Below, one piece after another: positions 50,815 to 60,768 of a stretch of 64,000 bases of DNA. The stretch spans positions 1 through 64,000 of the forward strand of contig CAVXTM010000004.1 in NCBI GenBank assembly GCA_963764725.1. Reading direction: 5' to 3'. Position numbers and translations under genes: made by a program. The notes beneath the pieces were generated by a model. It was not told the DNA's origin. It saw nothing but the letters and a program-made list of their open reading frames with translations, and ran no database searches. The stretch comes from an uncultured Gammaproteobacteria bacterium (GTDB taxonomy: Bacteria > Pseudomonadota > Gammaproteobacteria > JACCXJ01). Position 1 is the first letter of the stretch. The number at the start of each line of letters is the position of its first letter.

Positions 50815-51408
50815 TTACTTGCGCTTCTGGTACGTTCCGACCAGCTCCGCCTGCGCGAGGACATGGCCTTTCATGGCTGCCTCGACGTTTGCCTTGGTGG
50901 GCTTACCGGGATCCGGGAGGGTGATGTCAAGCGCGTAGAGCTTGTGGAAGTATCGATGGCGTCCGATCGGCGGGCAGGGACCGCCGTATCCGGTGCGCTG
51001 CCAGTCGTTGAGACCTTGCCGAGTGCCGGCCGGAAGCTGCTTCACCGCTTCCGGAAGTCCAGGCGTACTCGCCGGGATGTTGTAGAGCACCCAGTGCACC
51101 CAGGTGACCTTGGGTGCGGCCGGATCGGGTGCGTCCGGATCGTCCACAATCAGCGCGAGGCCCTTGGCGCCCGCGGGCACACCGGACCACGCGAGCGGCG
51201 GAGAGAGGTCCTTGCCTTCGCAGGTGTACTGAGTGGGGATCTCGCCGTTGTGGGCGAAGGCGCTGGACGTGAGAGTCATCGACATGGCTTTGTTCTCCTT
51301 CTCCTGAGCGAGGCTCGCGGCCGGCAGCGCCAGAAGACAGAGCGTCGCTCCGACGGCCTCGATCCGAACGGCGCATGCGGCAAGCAGGGCCCAGCCATTG
51401 GGATTCAT
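50815..51408 (-). CDS. YbhB/YbcL Raf-kinase-inhibitor-like protein
   Basis: DDPDAP, WVHWVLYNIP, GPCPPIGRHRY. Confidence 0.9.
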   Translation of the reverse strand: MNPNGWALLAACAVRIEAVGATLCLLALPAASLAQEKENKAMSMTLTSSAFAHNGEIPTQYTCEGKDLSPPLAWSGVPAGAKGLALIVDDPDAPDPAAPKVTWVHWVLYNIPASTPGLPEAVKQLPAGTRQGLNDWQRTGYGGPCPPIGRHRYFHKLYALDITLPDPGKPTKANVEAAMKGHVLAQAELVGTYQKRK

Positions 51409-51476
51409 TCTAGGGCAATCATGCAGCCTTTCGCAGCGCCTTCACCGGGCCAAGATCCCTCACTGTGCCGGGTTCG

Positions 51477-51854
51477 TCAGCTCACCTTGATTTGGATCCG
51501 GCGCGGTTGGGCGTGCTCGGCCTTGGGGATGCGCAGCTTGAGCACCCCGTCCTTGAACGCCGCGTCGCTCTTCGTGGTATCCAACTCCCGGCTCAGGGTA
51601 AAGGCCCGCCGGTAGCGCGGCGTCTGAACTTCGACGTAGGCTGGGGTCGTACCCTCCGGTGTCTCCAGGACAACCTCGCCTTCGATGAGCAGGCCGTCAC
51701 CGTCCGCGCGTACCGTGAGCCTGTCCTTGGGCACGCCGGGGAGATCCGCAAACAGCGTGATCCCGGTCTCGTCTTCGAGCACATCCACCGCCGGCACCAT
51801 CGCCGGGCTGTGCCGTTCCTCTGGCTGCTTTGCAACTTCTCGCTTCTCACTCAT
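51477..51854 (-). CDS. Hsp20 small heat-shock protein
   Basis: PAVDV.E, ADLPGV, YRRAFTL, DGVLKLRIPK. Confidence 0.92.
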   Translation of the reverse strand: MSEKREVAKQPEERHSPAMVPAVDVLEDETGITLFADLPGVPKDRLTVRADGDGLLIEGEVVLETPEGTTPAYVEVQTPRYRRAFTLSRELDTTKSDAAFKDGVLKLRIPKAEHAQPRRIQIKVS

Positions 51855-51889
51855 GACTCATTCCTCCAAAGAAAATTCGATGACTAGAT

Positions 51890-52342
51890 TCACTTGACCT
51901 CGATACGCCTCGGCTGAGCCGATTCCTGCCGCTGAATGACGATGCGGACGACGCCATCGCGGTAACTCGCCTCGACCCGCGCCGGATCGGCGTCCTCCGG
52001 CAGGCTCACCACCCGTTTGAAGGAGCCGGTGGCACGCTCGTGCGCGTAGAGGCTGAGCTTTTCGCTCTCCTCCGGGACGTCCGAGGCTCGCTCACCCGCG
52101 ATGGTCAGTAGCCCGCGGTCGATGCTGACCGAAAGCTTCGCGGGATCGATGCCGGGCGCGAACGCATAGACTTGGATGGACGTCGGCGTGCTCCCGATAT
52201 TGATCGCCGGAAACGCACCGCGGCCGAGCGCACGTATGCTCGATGGCAGACCCACGCCCCCGAAACCGTGCTGCATCTCACGTTGCAGCCGCTCTAGCTC
52301 GGCGAACAGATCGGTCGGAAACCGCAATAATGACTCGTACAT
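51890..52342 (-). CDS. Hsp20 small heat-shock protein
   Basis: FPAINI, APGIDP, ER.TGSFKR..SLP, YRDGV. Confidence 0.92.
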   Translation of the reverse strand: MYESLLRFPTDLFAELERLQREMQHGFGGVGLPSSIRALGRGAFPAINIGSTPTSIQVYAFAPGIDPAKLSVSIDRGLLTIAGERASDVPEESEKLSLYAHERATGSFKRVVSLPEDADPARVEASYRDGVVRIVIQRQESAQPRRIEVK

Positions 52343-52414
52343 GGTTGTACCTCCATAGTGAAGAAATTTATCGCCGCGGCCGCTTCGGCGCGGCGCGGTC
52401 ATGGCTAGGATACA

Positions 52415-52442
52415 ATATGGGGCCGGCAAACCATTGATCAAG
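52415..52442 (-). promoter_or_regulatory. sigma-32 (RpoH) promoter for the hsp20 pair
   Basis: Minus strand CTTGAT-N14-CCCCATAT. Confidence 0.75.
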
Positions 52443-52574
52443 ATCAAGGCCCCTTTGCAATGGCTACCGAAGGACGAGTGGCATTCCGGTATAGAATATC
52501 GAGGTGCGACCAAAAGGAGTTGTTCTGGGCGCTAAGATGAGGGTCGGCTCGGCCGGCGATGGACAAGAAAGCAC

Positions 52575-53513
52575 GTGGAGTTTAAAGACTATTACCAGAC
52601 CTTGGGCGTCGCGCGCTCGGCCGCCGAGGGCGAGATCAAGCGTGCTTACCGCAAGCTCGCGCGCAAGTATCATCCCGACGTCAGCAAGGAACGGGATGCA
52701 TCGGAGCGCATGAAGGAGATCAACGAGGCCTACGAGGTGTTACAGGACCCCGAGAAACGCGCCGCCTACGATCGGCTGGGGACGGGCTGGCAGCCCGGTC
52801 AGGACTTTCGCCCGCCGCCCGACTGGGACGCGGGCTTCGAGTTTCGTGGGAGCCCGGCCGGCGAGGCCTTCGGTGGAGACTTCAGCGATTTCTTCGCCAC
52901 GCTCTTCGGGGGCGCGGTTGGGGCGAGGCACGGGGCGGGTTTACACCGCCGCGGCGAAGATCATCATGCCAAGGTCCTCATCGACCTCGAGGACGCCTTC
53001 CGCGGAGCCACGCGGACCGTGACACTGCGGGTGCCCGAGCTCGACGCTAAAGGGCGGCTTGCGGTACGCGAGCGCACGCTGAACGTGCAGATCCCCAAGG
53101 GGATCCGCGAAGGGCAGCTCATCCGCTTGGCCGGCCAAGGATCCGCCGGGGCGAAGGACGGGAAGGCCGGTGATCTCTACATTGAAGTCGGGTTCAAGCC
53201 CCACGCCTTCTACCGGGTTGACGGTCGCGATCTGTACGTGAGTCTGCCGGTGGCGCCCTGGGAGGCGGCGCTCGGCGCCACGGTCAAGGCACCCACACCG
53301 GGGGGCACGGTGGAGGTCAAGGTCCCTCCCCACTCCCAGAGCGGGCGCAAGCTGCGCTTGCGGGGCCGCGGCATCCCCGGGGATCCGCCCGGCGACCTCT
53401 ATCTCGTATTGGAGGTGGTCTTGCCCATTCCCGAGACGGAGCGTGCGAAAGAACTTTATCGGGCCATGGCGCGGGAGCTGGCCTTCAACCCTCGCCGCGG
53501 CTTGGGCGTGTGA
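52575..53513 (+). CDS. cbpA: curved-DNA-binding DnaJ-class protein
   Basis: KDYY, HPD, FSDFF, APWEAALG. No Zn finger. Confidence 0.9.
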   Translation: MEFKDYYQTLGVARSAAEGEIKRAYRKLARKYHPDVSKERDASERMKEINEAYEVLQDPEKRAAYDRLGTGWQPGQDFRPPPDWDAGFEFRGSPAGEAFGGDFSDFFATLFGGAVGARHGAGLHRRGEDHHAKVLIDLEDAFRGATRTVTLRVPELDAKGRLAVRERTLNVQIPKGIREGQLIRLAGQGSAGAKDGKAGDLYIEVGFKPHAFYRVDGRDLYVSLPVAPWEAALGATVKAPTPGGTVEVKVPPHSQSGRKLRLRGRGIPGDPPGDLYLVLEVVLPIPETERAKELYRAMARELAFNPRRGLGV

Positions 53514-53519
53514 AACGAG

Positions 53520-53834
53520 ATGGACGCGGACATCGTCACAGGTATTCTCGTCAGCGAGCAAGGTGCCTTGTCGCTAGAGGAGATGGTCGAGGCCTGCGGG
53601 GCCGAGGTAGAGTGGATCGTGGAGCTGGTCGAGGTCGGCGTCTTGTCGCCCGAGGGCCCGGATGAGACGGCGTGGCGCTTCGGCGCTCTGGATCTCTTGC
53701 GTGCCCGCCGGCTCGCGCGGCTAGAGCGCGACTTCGCGGCGAGCGCCGAGGCCGCCGCCGTGATCCTCGACCTCCTCGACGAGATCGAACGTTTACGCGC
53801 CTGCCTCATACGCGCAGGCGTGGAGGCGGTGTGA
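53520..53834 (+). CDS. cbpM: chaperone modulator CbpM
   Basis: MerR-like IVELVEVGVL.P...RL.RDF. Follows cbpA. Confidence 0.85.
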   Translation: MDADIVTGILVSEQGALSLEEMVEACGAEVEWIVELVEVGVLSPEGPDETAWRFGALDLLRARRLARLERDFAASAEAAAVILDLLDEIERLRACLIRAGVEAV

Positions 53835-53861
53835 ACGACGGCATGCGGAACAAAGCATGTG

Positions 53862-53910
53862 GGTCGTGATTTATAGTTTGCCCTTTCTACGCAAACTATA
53901 AATCGTGACC
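53862..53910. terminator. long hairpin after cbpM
   Basis: ggtcgtgatttatagtttgc / gcaaactataaatcgtgacc 20-bp stem. Confidence 0.55.
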
Positions 53911-54071
53911 TGATTCCAACCCCGCACCCCGCGGGCAAAAATCCCCAATCCCTGAGAAACCGTTCCCCCAAAGCGTCCCTACCAGCAGCGGTCTGGCAGG
54001 AAAAGTGGGATCTTTGTCATTGCAGATAAATTCGATACAGCACCACTATAGGTAAACCAGGAGGATGAAGT

Positions 54072-55205
54072 ATGTCACAAGAAACGCTCGTGGATGATCG
54101 GAGTTACCGAGTGGGGGCAGTGCGCAACATCGCGTTCGTCGCCTTTCCCGATTTTACGATGCTCGATGTGTGTGGCCCGTACGAGGTGTTCGCGGGTGCG
54201 GATGTCTGGTTGCGCAAGACCGGCAGGATAGACCGGCCTGTGTACCATCTGGACGTCATCGCGCCGCAAGCCGGACCGCTCCGGACCTCCTCGGGGCTCC
54301 AGATCGTCGCGGATCATGCCTACCCAGAGTTCGATCAGCCGATCGATACGCTGGTCGTGGCGGGCGGCGTGGAAGGCATGGAGCGGGCGTGTGCCGATGC
54401 GGCGTTGATCTCATGGATCAAGGAGGCCGCGGCACGGGCACGTAGGGTCGCATCGGTCTGCTCCGGCGCCTTTCTGCTTGCCGAGAGCGGTCTCTTAGAT
54501 GGTCGCCGGGCGACCACGCACTGGGCTTTCAGCAAGCGGCTGGCTAACGCCTACCCGTCGGTCTGCGTCGAGGCGGATCAGATCTTTATCCGGGACGGTC
54601 ATATCTACACCTCGGGCGGGATCACCGCCGGTATCGATCTGGCCTTGGCCTTGGTGGAAGAGGATCACGGCCCCGACGCCGCACTGCTGGTCGCGCGCCT
54701 CCTGGTGATGTTCCTGAGGCGCCCGGGAAGCCAATCGCAATTCAACACCTATCTGGGCTCGGGGCCCGACAGCCGGCACGATAGTCGAGAGTTACACGCT
54801 GAGATCCCGGGTCAGCTGGCTTCCCGTCTGGGTAGCGAGGCGCTCTCGTACTTGAGCACAAAGACCCACAGCCGGCCTGATATGCGTGAGTTGCAGGCCT
54901 GGATCCTGGCTCATCCGGATGCCGATCTGAGCATCGAGGCGCTCTCGGAGCGGACGGCCATGAGCCCGCGAAACTTCGCCCGGCTTTTCGTGACGGAGAC
55001 GGGCATGACGCCAGCCAAGTTCGTGGAACAGGCGCGCCTCGAGGCAGCACGCTGCAAGTTGGAGCAGACGGCTCTCCCCGTCGAGGCCATCGCCGAGCGC
55101 TGCGGGTTCGGTGATCCCGAACGCATGCGCCGGAGCTTCCGCCGGATGCTCCGGGTCAGCCCGCAGGACTATCGCGCGCGCTTCAAGTCTACGGTATTGC
55201 ACTGA
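54072..55205 (+). CDS. GlxA-family (DJ-1/PfpI + AraC) regulator with 33-aa internal duplication
   Basis: SVCSGAF.LA, RATTHW, TSGGITAGIDL, MSPRNFAR. Confidence 0.92.
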   Translation: MSQETLVDDRSYRVGAVRNIAFVAFPDFTMLDVCGPYEVFAGADVWLRKTGRIDRPVYHLDVIAPQAGPLRTSSGLQIVADHAYPEFDQPIDTLVVAGGVEGMERACADAALISWIKEAAARARRVASVCSGAFLLAESGLLDGRRATTHWAFSKRLANAYPSVCVEADQIFIRDGHIYTSGGITAGIDLALALVEEDHGPDAALLVARLLVMFLRRPGSQSQFNTYLGSGPDSRHDSRELHAEIPGQLASRLGSEALSYLSTKTHSRPDMRELQAWILAHPDADLSIEALSERTAMSPRNFARLFVTETGMTPAKFVEQARLEAARCKLEQTALPVEAIAERCGFGDPERMRRSFRRMLRVSPQDYRARFKSTVLH

Positions 55206-55554
55206 GGGATTGCTGATGGGCGGCTACTCGCCGGTCCTTCGCCCTGTTTGGAACAGCAGATCGATATGCACAGAGCCATCGCTACCACGCTTTCCGAGCT
55301 TCGCCGTGAGTGGGCTTCATGGATCTCTCTTTGGAGCTTCCTCGTGCACCTCAACGATCTGGACTTCTACAAAGAGCTAGATGAGCAACTCGAGATTTGC
55401 ATTGCGCTATCGGCCTCGCGCCGCGAGGGTGTGCATGGGAAACGATCATGGCCAATTGAATGCGTCGGCGAGAGATCTGTGAACTTTTCACAGCAATCGG
55501 GGAAATATAGGGTAACGGTAGTCGCGGCATCATCTACACATTGAGGGGCACATT

Positions 55555-55685
55555 ATGAACATTTTATTTTTTACCTCAGCGCACAATAGCCTAAGTCAGC
55601 GCTTGTTGATCGAGCTTACGGACCGAGGCCATCAAGTTTCGGTCGCTTGGGCCACGAGTGATGAGGCGCTGTTAAACGCGGTCGC
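55555..55685 (+). pseudogene. hoxX 5' fragment
   Basis: Aligns to 57211-57341 (TSAHNSLSQRLLIELTDRGHQVSV). Confidence 0.85.
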
Positions 55686-56033
55686 ACTCTACCAGTGTCC
55701 TTTCGGAGGAAAATCATGAAACCACTTATTACACCATGGCGCCAGCGAATTTATACAAGCGGAAAAGATCCAGTAAGCCTCTCGTGCATAAGCTTCGAGA
55801 GTGCGGTGGATGTTTCGGTAGCTCTTAATGACCACCAGGTTATCACTTTGAAAAAAGCGCAATGTGTCCGAGAACAGATCGGGCAGGCCGTGGAGAAGCT
55901 CGATATCGAAGTCCTGCTTGATCCGAATATGCCTCATCTGGGCAGCATGGAGGTGTTGGCTAGAATCAAGCGGGATCTAAGTCGCAATCTGCATTCTATG
56001 ACGCCCGTGAAAGTGGCGTAAAGGAAGGATCGC

Positions 56034-57062
56034 TTGTTGCAAAAACCCCTTATTCCCTATGCGCTGACTCACGACCGGAAAGTGAGACGTATCGGTATCG
56101 TCGCATTCCCCGGGGTTGAGGTCTTGGACATTAGCGGGCCAATGGAAGTGTTTTCTTTCGCCAGCCTAGGTTTACAGCGAGCGGGCGTCACCAGGGAAGC
56201 CGTTTATACGTTCGAAGTGCTGGCGGAAAAGCCGGGGCCCGTTAAGACCTTATCCGGCTTGCAGATCATAGCCGATAGAGCCTACTGCGATATAACGAAC
56301 GGTATCGATACCTTGTTGATTCCCGGCGGTGATATGGCGTCTGTGTTGGGCGATCGCTTATTGGTAGATTGGATACGCGCCATGGCACCGCGGGTCAGAA
56401 GGCTCGCTTCGATCTGCACCGGGGCTTTTCTGCTAGCAGAAAGCGGCCTCCTCGACGGTCGCCAAGCTACCACCCATTGGGACTTTTGTAACCAGTTAGC
56501 CTGCAAATATCCGTCGATTACGGTCGATGCGGACCGGATTTTTGTACAGGACGATTTCATTTTTACGTCGGCAGGTATCACCTCCGGCATCGATCTCGCG
56601 TTAGCGATGGTGGAAGAAGACTGGGGACGGGAGCTGGCGTTATATGTCGCACGCTTCTTGGTGGTTTTTCTCAAGCGGCCAGGCGGTCAATCTCAATTCA
56701 GTGCCTATCTGACCAGTGAGCCGGCTAGACATCCGGATCTACGCGACATGCAGGCCTGGATCATGGACCATCCCACAGAGGATTTCCGGATCGAAGCGAT
56801 CGCTGAGCGCATGGCCATGAGCCCACGCAATTTCGCCAGAGTTTTCTTAACGGAAACCGGCATGACCCCGGCTAAATTCGTGGAAAGGGCGCGTATCGAT
56901 GCTGCGCGCTATTACTTAGAGAGCACCGAGCTGCCGATTGAAACCGTGGCAGACAAATCAGGTTTTCGCGACCCTGAACGCATGCGCCGGACGTTTCATC
57001 GCTTGCTCGGCGTGAGTGCCCAAGATTACCGCGCTCGATTCAAGTCGACGACTAGGCATTGA
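56034..57062 (+). CDS. GlxA-family regulator (paralog of 54072)
   Basis: SICTGAF, ATTHW, KRPGGQSQFS, MSPRNFAR. Confidence 0.92.
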   Translation: MLQKPLIPYALTHDRKVRRIGIVAFPGVEVLDISGPMEVFSFASLGLQRAGVTREAVYTFEVLAEKPGPVKTLSGLQIIADRAYCDITNGIDTLLIPGGDMASVLGDRLLVDWIRAMAPRVRRLASICTGAFLLAESGLLDGRQATTHWDFCNQLACKYPSITVDADRIFVQDDFIFTSAGITSGIDLALAMVEEDWGRELALYVARFLVVFLKRPGGQSQFSAYLTSEPARHPDLRDMQAWIMDHPTEDFRIEAIAERMAMSPRNFARVFLTETGMTPAKFVERARIDAARYYLESTELPIETVADKSGFRDPERMRRTFHRLLGVSAQDYRARFKSTTRH

Positions 57063-57210
57063 AATGACGTTACACGGAAATCGAAAGCTACGGCACGCTT
57101 TCGTCACGGTCACGCGCGCGATCGGATTGGGAAACGTGAATTTGTCACAGAAGTTTTGCGAGAAAAGAATTATTTTCAGATGGCGCTAATAAGCGCTGGA
57201 GGGGCTAATT

Positions 57211-58944
57211 ATGAAAATCCTATTTATTACTTCTGCCCACAACAGTCTGAGTCAACGCCTGTTGATCGAGCTTACGGACCGAGGCCATCAAGTTTCGGTC
57301 GCTTTGGCCACGAGTGATGGCGCGATGCTAACCGCGGTCGCGGAGCATGCGCCCGATCTCATCATTGCGCCGATGCTAAAAGTCGCTGTTCCGGAGGCGA
57401 TCTGGTCTCGGTATAAATGTCTCATCGTTCATCCCGGCATCAAGGGCGATCGGGGACCTTCCTCGCTCGATTGGGCTATTGCGAGCGGGCAAGAGAGTTG
57501 GGGTGTCACCATCTTGGAGGCGGCGAAGGAGTTCGATGCGGGCCCAATCTGGGCGACCCACGAGTTCCCGATCGAAGGCCAGTCGCTTACCAAGAGCAGT
57601 CTCTACCGTCACCAAGTGACCGAAGCGGCGGTGCGTGGTGTGATCGAGGCCGTGGCTAAGTTCGAGTCGGGTGAGTTCCAACCCGAGCTGCTCGATTACA
57701 GCAAGCCCGGTGTCCGCGGTTGTTTGCGCCCACCGATGCGCCAGCCGGATCGCAGCATCGACTGGATGCGGGACCCGACAGAGGTCATCGCGCGAAAGAT
57801 CCGAGCCGCCGATAGCGCCCCCGGGGTGTTGGACACCTTGTTCGGCAAGGCGTATTACCTCTACGGCGCACACGAGGAAGACCGCATCAAGGGAGCGCCC
57901 GGCGAGATCCTGGCTCAGCGGCATGGGGCCATCTGCCGCGGCACCGTCGATGGAGCCATCTGGATCACCCACCTCAAAGCCAAGGACCACGGACCCTTCG
58001 CCGGGATCAAATTGCCGGCCATTCAGGTGCTGGGAGAATTCTTCCACACCCCCACCGCGATGCTTTCAATTGGGGCGCCGATAGATTTCTGCACCTTCCG
58101 CGAGATCCGCTACGCCGAGAAGGACCAGGTCGGGTATCTGTACTTCGATTTTTACAACGGCGCGATGAGCACCGAGCAGTGCTACCGGCTACGCGACGCG
58201 TTCCTGGCGGCGCGGGCCCGCCCCACCAAGGCGATCGTGCTCTTTGGGGGGCGCGACTTCTGGTCCAATGGGATCCACCTCAATGTGATCGAGGCAGCTC
58301 CCGATCCCGCCATGGAGTCCTGGCGCAACATCAACGCCATCGATGACTTTATCTATGAGATCCTCAACACGATGTCACATCTGGTGATCGCGGGTTTACG
58401 CGGCAATGCCGGCGCAGGAGGCGCGATGCTTGCCCTCGCGGCCGATTATGTCTATGCGCGCCGGGGCGTGGTGCTCAACCCTCACTACAAAAACATGGGG
58501 GGACTCTATGGCTCGGAATACCATACCTACACCCTACCGCGACGGGTCGGCCCGGCGCAGGCGGCCGAGCTAACCGATTGCTGTCGGCCCATAGGCACCC
58601 AGGCGGCCAAAGCAATTGACTTCCTTGATGGCGCCTTCGGCGACAGCAGCGACGAATTCGAGCAGGAGATGATGCGAAGGGCGACGGGAATGGTGCAGGA
58701 TCCGTGCATCTGGCGCCTACTGCGTGAGAAGCACGAGAAGCGGCTCGCGGGCCACTGCATCAAGCCCCTCGCGGCCTACCGCGCCGAAGAGCTCAAGAAG
58801 ATGCGCACCAATTTCTTCGGTCCGGACCCCGCGTATCACGAGGCGCGACAGAGGTTTGTGTATAAGGGCGCCCCACTCTCGCGTGTTCCAGAGAAGACGG
58901 CGCGCCAGCCCGTTGCCATCAGGTCGTTGCGGGCGATGGCATAG
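57211..58944 (+). CDS. hoxX: HoxX/HypX (formyltransferase + enoyl-CoA hydratase-like)
   Basis: HPGIKGDRGPSSLDWAI, DAGPIWA, FYNGAMST, WSNGIHLN, GNAGAGG, LNPHYKNMGGLYGSEY. Confidence 0.9.
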   Translation: MKILFITSAHNSLSQRLLIELTDRGHQVSVALATSDGAMLTAVAEHAPDLIIAPMLKVAVPEAIWSRYKCLIVHPGIKGDRGPSSLDWAIASGQESWGVTILEAAKEFDAGPIWATHEFPIEGQSLTKSSLYRHQVTEAAVRGVIEAVAKFESGEFQPELLDYSKPGVRGCLRPPMRQPDRSIDWMRDPTEVIARKIRAADSAPGVLDTLFGKAYYLYGAHEEDRIKGAPGEILAQRHGAICRGTVDGAIWITHLKAKDHGPFAGIKLPAIQVLGEFFHTPTAMLSIGAPIDFCTFREIRYAEKDQVGYLYFDFYNGAMSTEQCYRLRDAFLAARARPTKAIVLFGGRDFWSNGIHLNVIEAAPDPAMESWRNINAIDDFIYEILNTMSHLVIAGLRGNAGAGGAMLALAADYVYARRGVVLNPHYKNMGGLYGSEYHTYTLPRRVGPAQAAELTDCCRPIGTQAAKAIDFLDGAFGDSSDEFEQEMMRRATGMVQDPCIWRLLREKHEKRLAGHCIKPLAAYRAEELKKMRTNFFGPDPAYHEARQRFVYKGAPLSRVPEKTARQPVAIRSLRAMA

Positions 58945-58954
58945 AGCCGAAGAT

Positions 58955-59842
58955 ATGGCTGCCATCGTTATAAACGGCAATGCCATCGCGGCAGCGGTAC
59001 GCCGGGAATGGAAGGAGCGGGCAGAGGCACTGAAACGACGCGGCGTCCTGCCGGCTCTGGCGGTGGTCATCGTCGGAGACAATCTAGCGTCCAAGATCTA
59101 TGTGCGTAACAAGGTCAAAGCGTGCTACGAAGTGGGGGTGCATTCCGAGGTGCACGAGTTGCCTACCGACGTCGGCGAGGACATGGTCCTGGCCCAGATA
59201 CGGCGCCTCAATCACAACCCTGATATTCACGGCATCCTGGTGCAGTTACCACTACCGCCGCAGCTCGACAGGGACAAGGTCCTCGCCACCGTGTCGGCGG
59301 ACAAGGACGTCAACGGGTTTCATGTTCACAACCTGGGCACCTTGGTAACCGGGAACGCGCTGGTCCCGCCGTGCACGCCATACGGCATTCAGTGTCTTCT
59401 CGATCACATGCAGATCCCCATAGAGGGCCAGAACGCCGTGGTGGTGGGACGCAGCACGATCGTCGGCAAACCGATGGCCCTGATGCTCCTTCAGAAGGGA
59501 GCCACGGTCAGCATCTGCACCTCGAAGACCAGGGACCTCGCGACGTACACGCGCCTTGCGGACATCCTCGTGGTGGCGGCGGGTAAGCCGAATCTCATCA
59601 CCGCGGCCATGGTGAAGGAAGGTGCTGCGGTGATCGATGTCGGGATCAATCGCGCACCGGATGGCCGTCTGGTGGGTGACGTAGATTTCGATGCGGTCCA
59701 AGAGAACGCTGGTTACATCACGCCCGTACCGGGTGGGGTCGGTCCGATGACGATCGCGATGCTCATCGCCAATACGGTGCGTGCGGCCGAGCGGCTGGCG
59801 GACGAAGCGCAGACGCAAAGAGGTCAAGTCTCGACATTTTAA
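58955..59842 (+). CDS. folD: methylene-THF dehydrogenase/cyclohydrolase
   Basis: YVRNK, GILVQLPLP, PCTP.G, GRS.IVGKP, IDVGIN, TPVPGGVGPMT. Confidence 0.92.
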   Translation: MAAIVINGNAIAAAVRREWKERAEALKRRGVLPALAVVIVGDNLASKIYVRNKVKACYEVGVHSEVHELPTDVGEDMVLAQIRRLNHNPDIHGILVQLPLPPQLDRDKVLATVSADKDVNGFHVHNLGTLVTGNALVPPCTPYGIQCLLDHMQIPIEGQNAVVVGRSTIVGKPMALMLLQKGATVSICTSKTRDLATYTRLADILVVAAGKPNLITAAMVKEGAAVIDVGINRAPDGRLVGDVDFDAVQENAGYITPVPGGVGPMTIAMLIANTVRAAERLADEAQTQRGQVSTF

Positions 59843-60022
59843 TAAACGTATATGTTAAAGACCAAACCCCGTCTGCGTTTTCTGAAGAACAGCGACTTCC
59901 TTGACGCGGCGGAGCGCCATGGCCGAGGGAATGACGGCCTCGCCGTCCTGGCACGCGCTTGCGCCCTCGCAGGTGTGAGAGCGCTTGTCGACCACCCCTG
60001 CCGGGCTTACCGTTGAGGAAGC

Positions 60023-60724
60023 CTAGAACCAGAACCGGATCCCGGCGACGAATGCGGAAGTGTCAAATGCTTCTTCCCCGCCTTTCGCTAAATCGGCTGT
60101 TCGGCCGACCTTCCGTTCCCAAACGAAGCCGATGTACGGCGCGAGCTCACGCACAATCTCGTAGCGCAGCCGTAGACCCAGCTCAACCTGGCTCAGCCCG
60201 GGGCCGATCCGGAGTTCCTCCACCTCCTGGACGGCGAAGTCCAATTCGAACGACGGCTGCAGGATCAGTCGCTGCGTAAGAAGAATCTGGTACTCGACCT
60301 CAAGGCGGGCGGACACATCGCCCTCCTCGCTGATGAACATGTCCGCGTCCACTTCATAGAGATAAGGTGCGAGACCATGGAGAGCGAACACGGCATAAGC
60401 TCGCGAGGGATCGGGTTCCACATCATAGCGGGCCCCGATGGCCAGGTCCCAAAAGGGCGTCACCAAGCGGCTGTATCGGAGCTGCACTTCGCTACCGTCG
60501 ATACCATCATCCCCTTGGGTCTTAAACCATGCGCGGTTGTAGTCCCCGCCGGCCCAGCCCCGCACATCCCAGGCCAGCGTGTCGGACCCGTTGTTCGCGA
60601 TTCGGTACTCCAACTGCTCCCCCTGGACGTAGGTGAAGATCTGATCAGCGTGCGGTTGGGCGGGCGGCGCCGCTGCTAGGCTCGTCACCTTAAGCCAAAG
60701 CAGCGATGCCCAGAGCTTCCGCAT
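60023..60724 (-). CDS. copB: copper resistance outer-membrane protein B
   Basis: GWAGGDYNRAW, GLAPY.YE, TQRLILQP, LRLRYEI.RE.APYIG, RFWF. Confidence 0.9.
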   Translation of the reverse strand: MRKLWASLLWLKVTSLAAAPPAQPHADQIFTYVQGEQLEYRIANNGSDTLAWDVRGWAGGDYNRAWFKTQGDDGIDGSEVQLRYSRLVTPFWDLAIGARYDVEPDPSRAYAVFALHGLAPYLYEVDADMFISEEGDVSARLEVEYQILLTQRLILQPSFELDFAVQEVEELRIGPGLSQVELGLRLRYEIVRELAPYIGFVWERKVGRTADLAKGGEEAFDTSAFVAGIRFWF

Positions 60725-60768
60725 GCTTGGCTCGCCTCCTCGCTCGCCGCCGTCGCAACTCGGCTTGC

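Noticed and set aside
55248-56021. ORFs 55248-55544 and 55695-56021 as genes
   Set aside because: No recognisable motifs and they lie in a decayed duplication. They cannot be supported from sequence alone.
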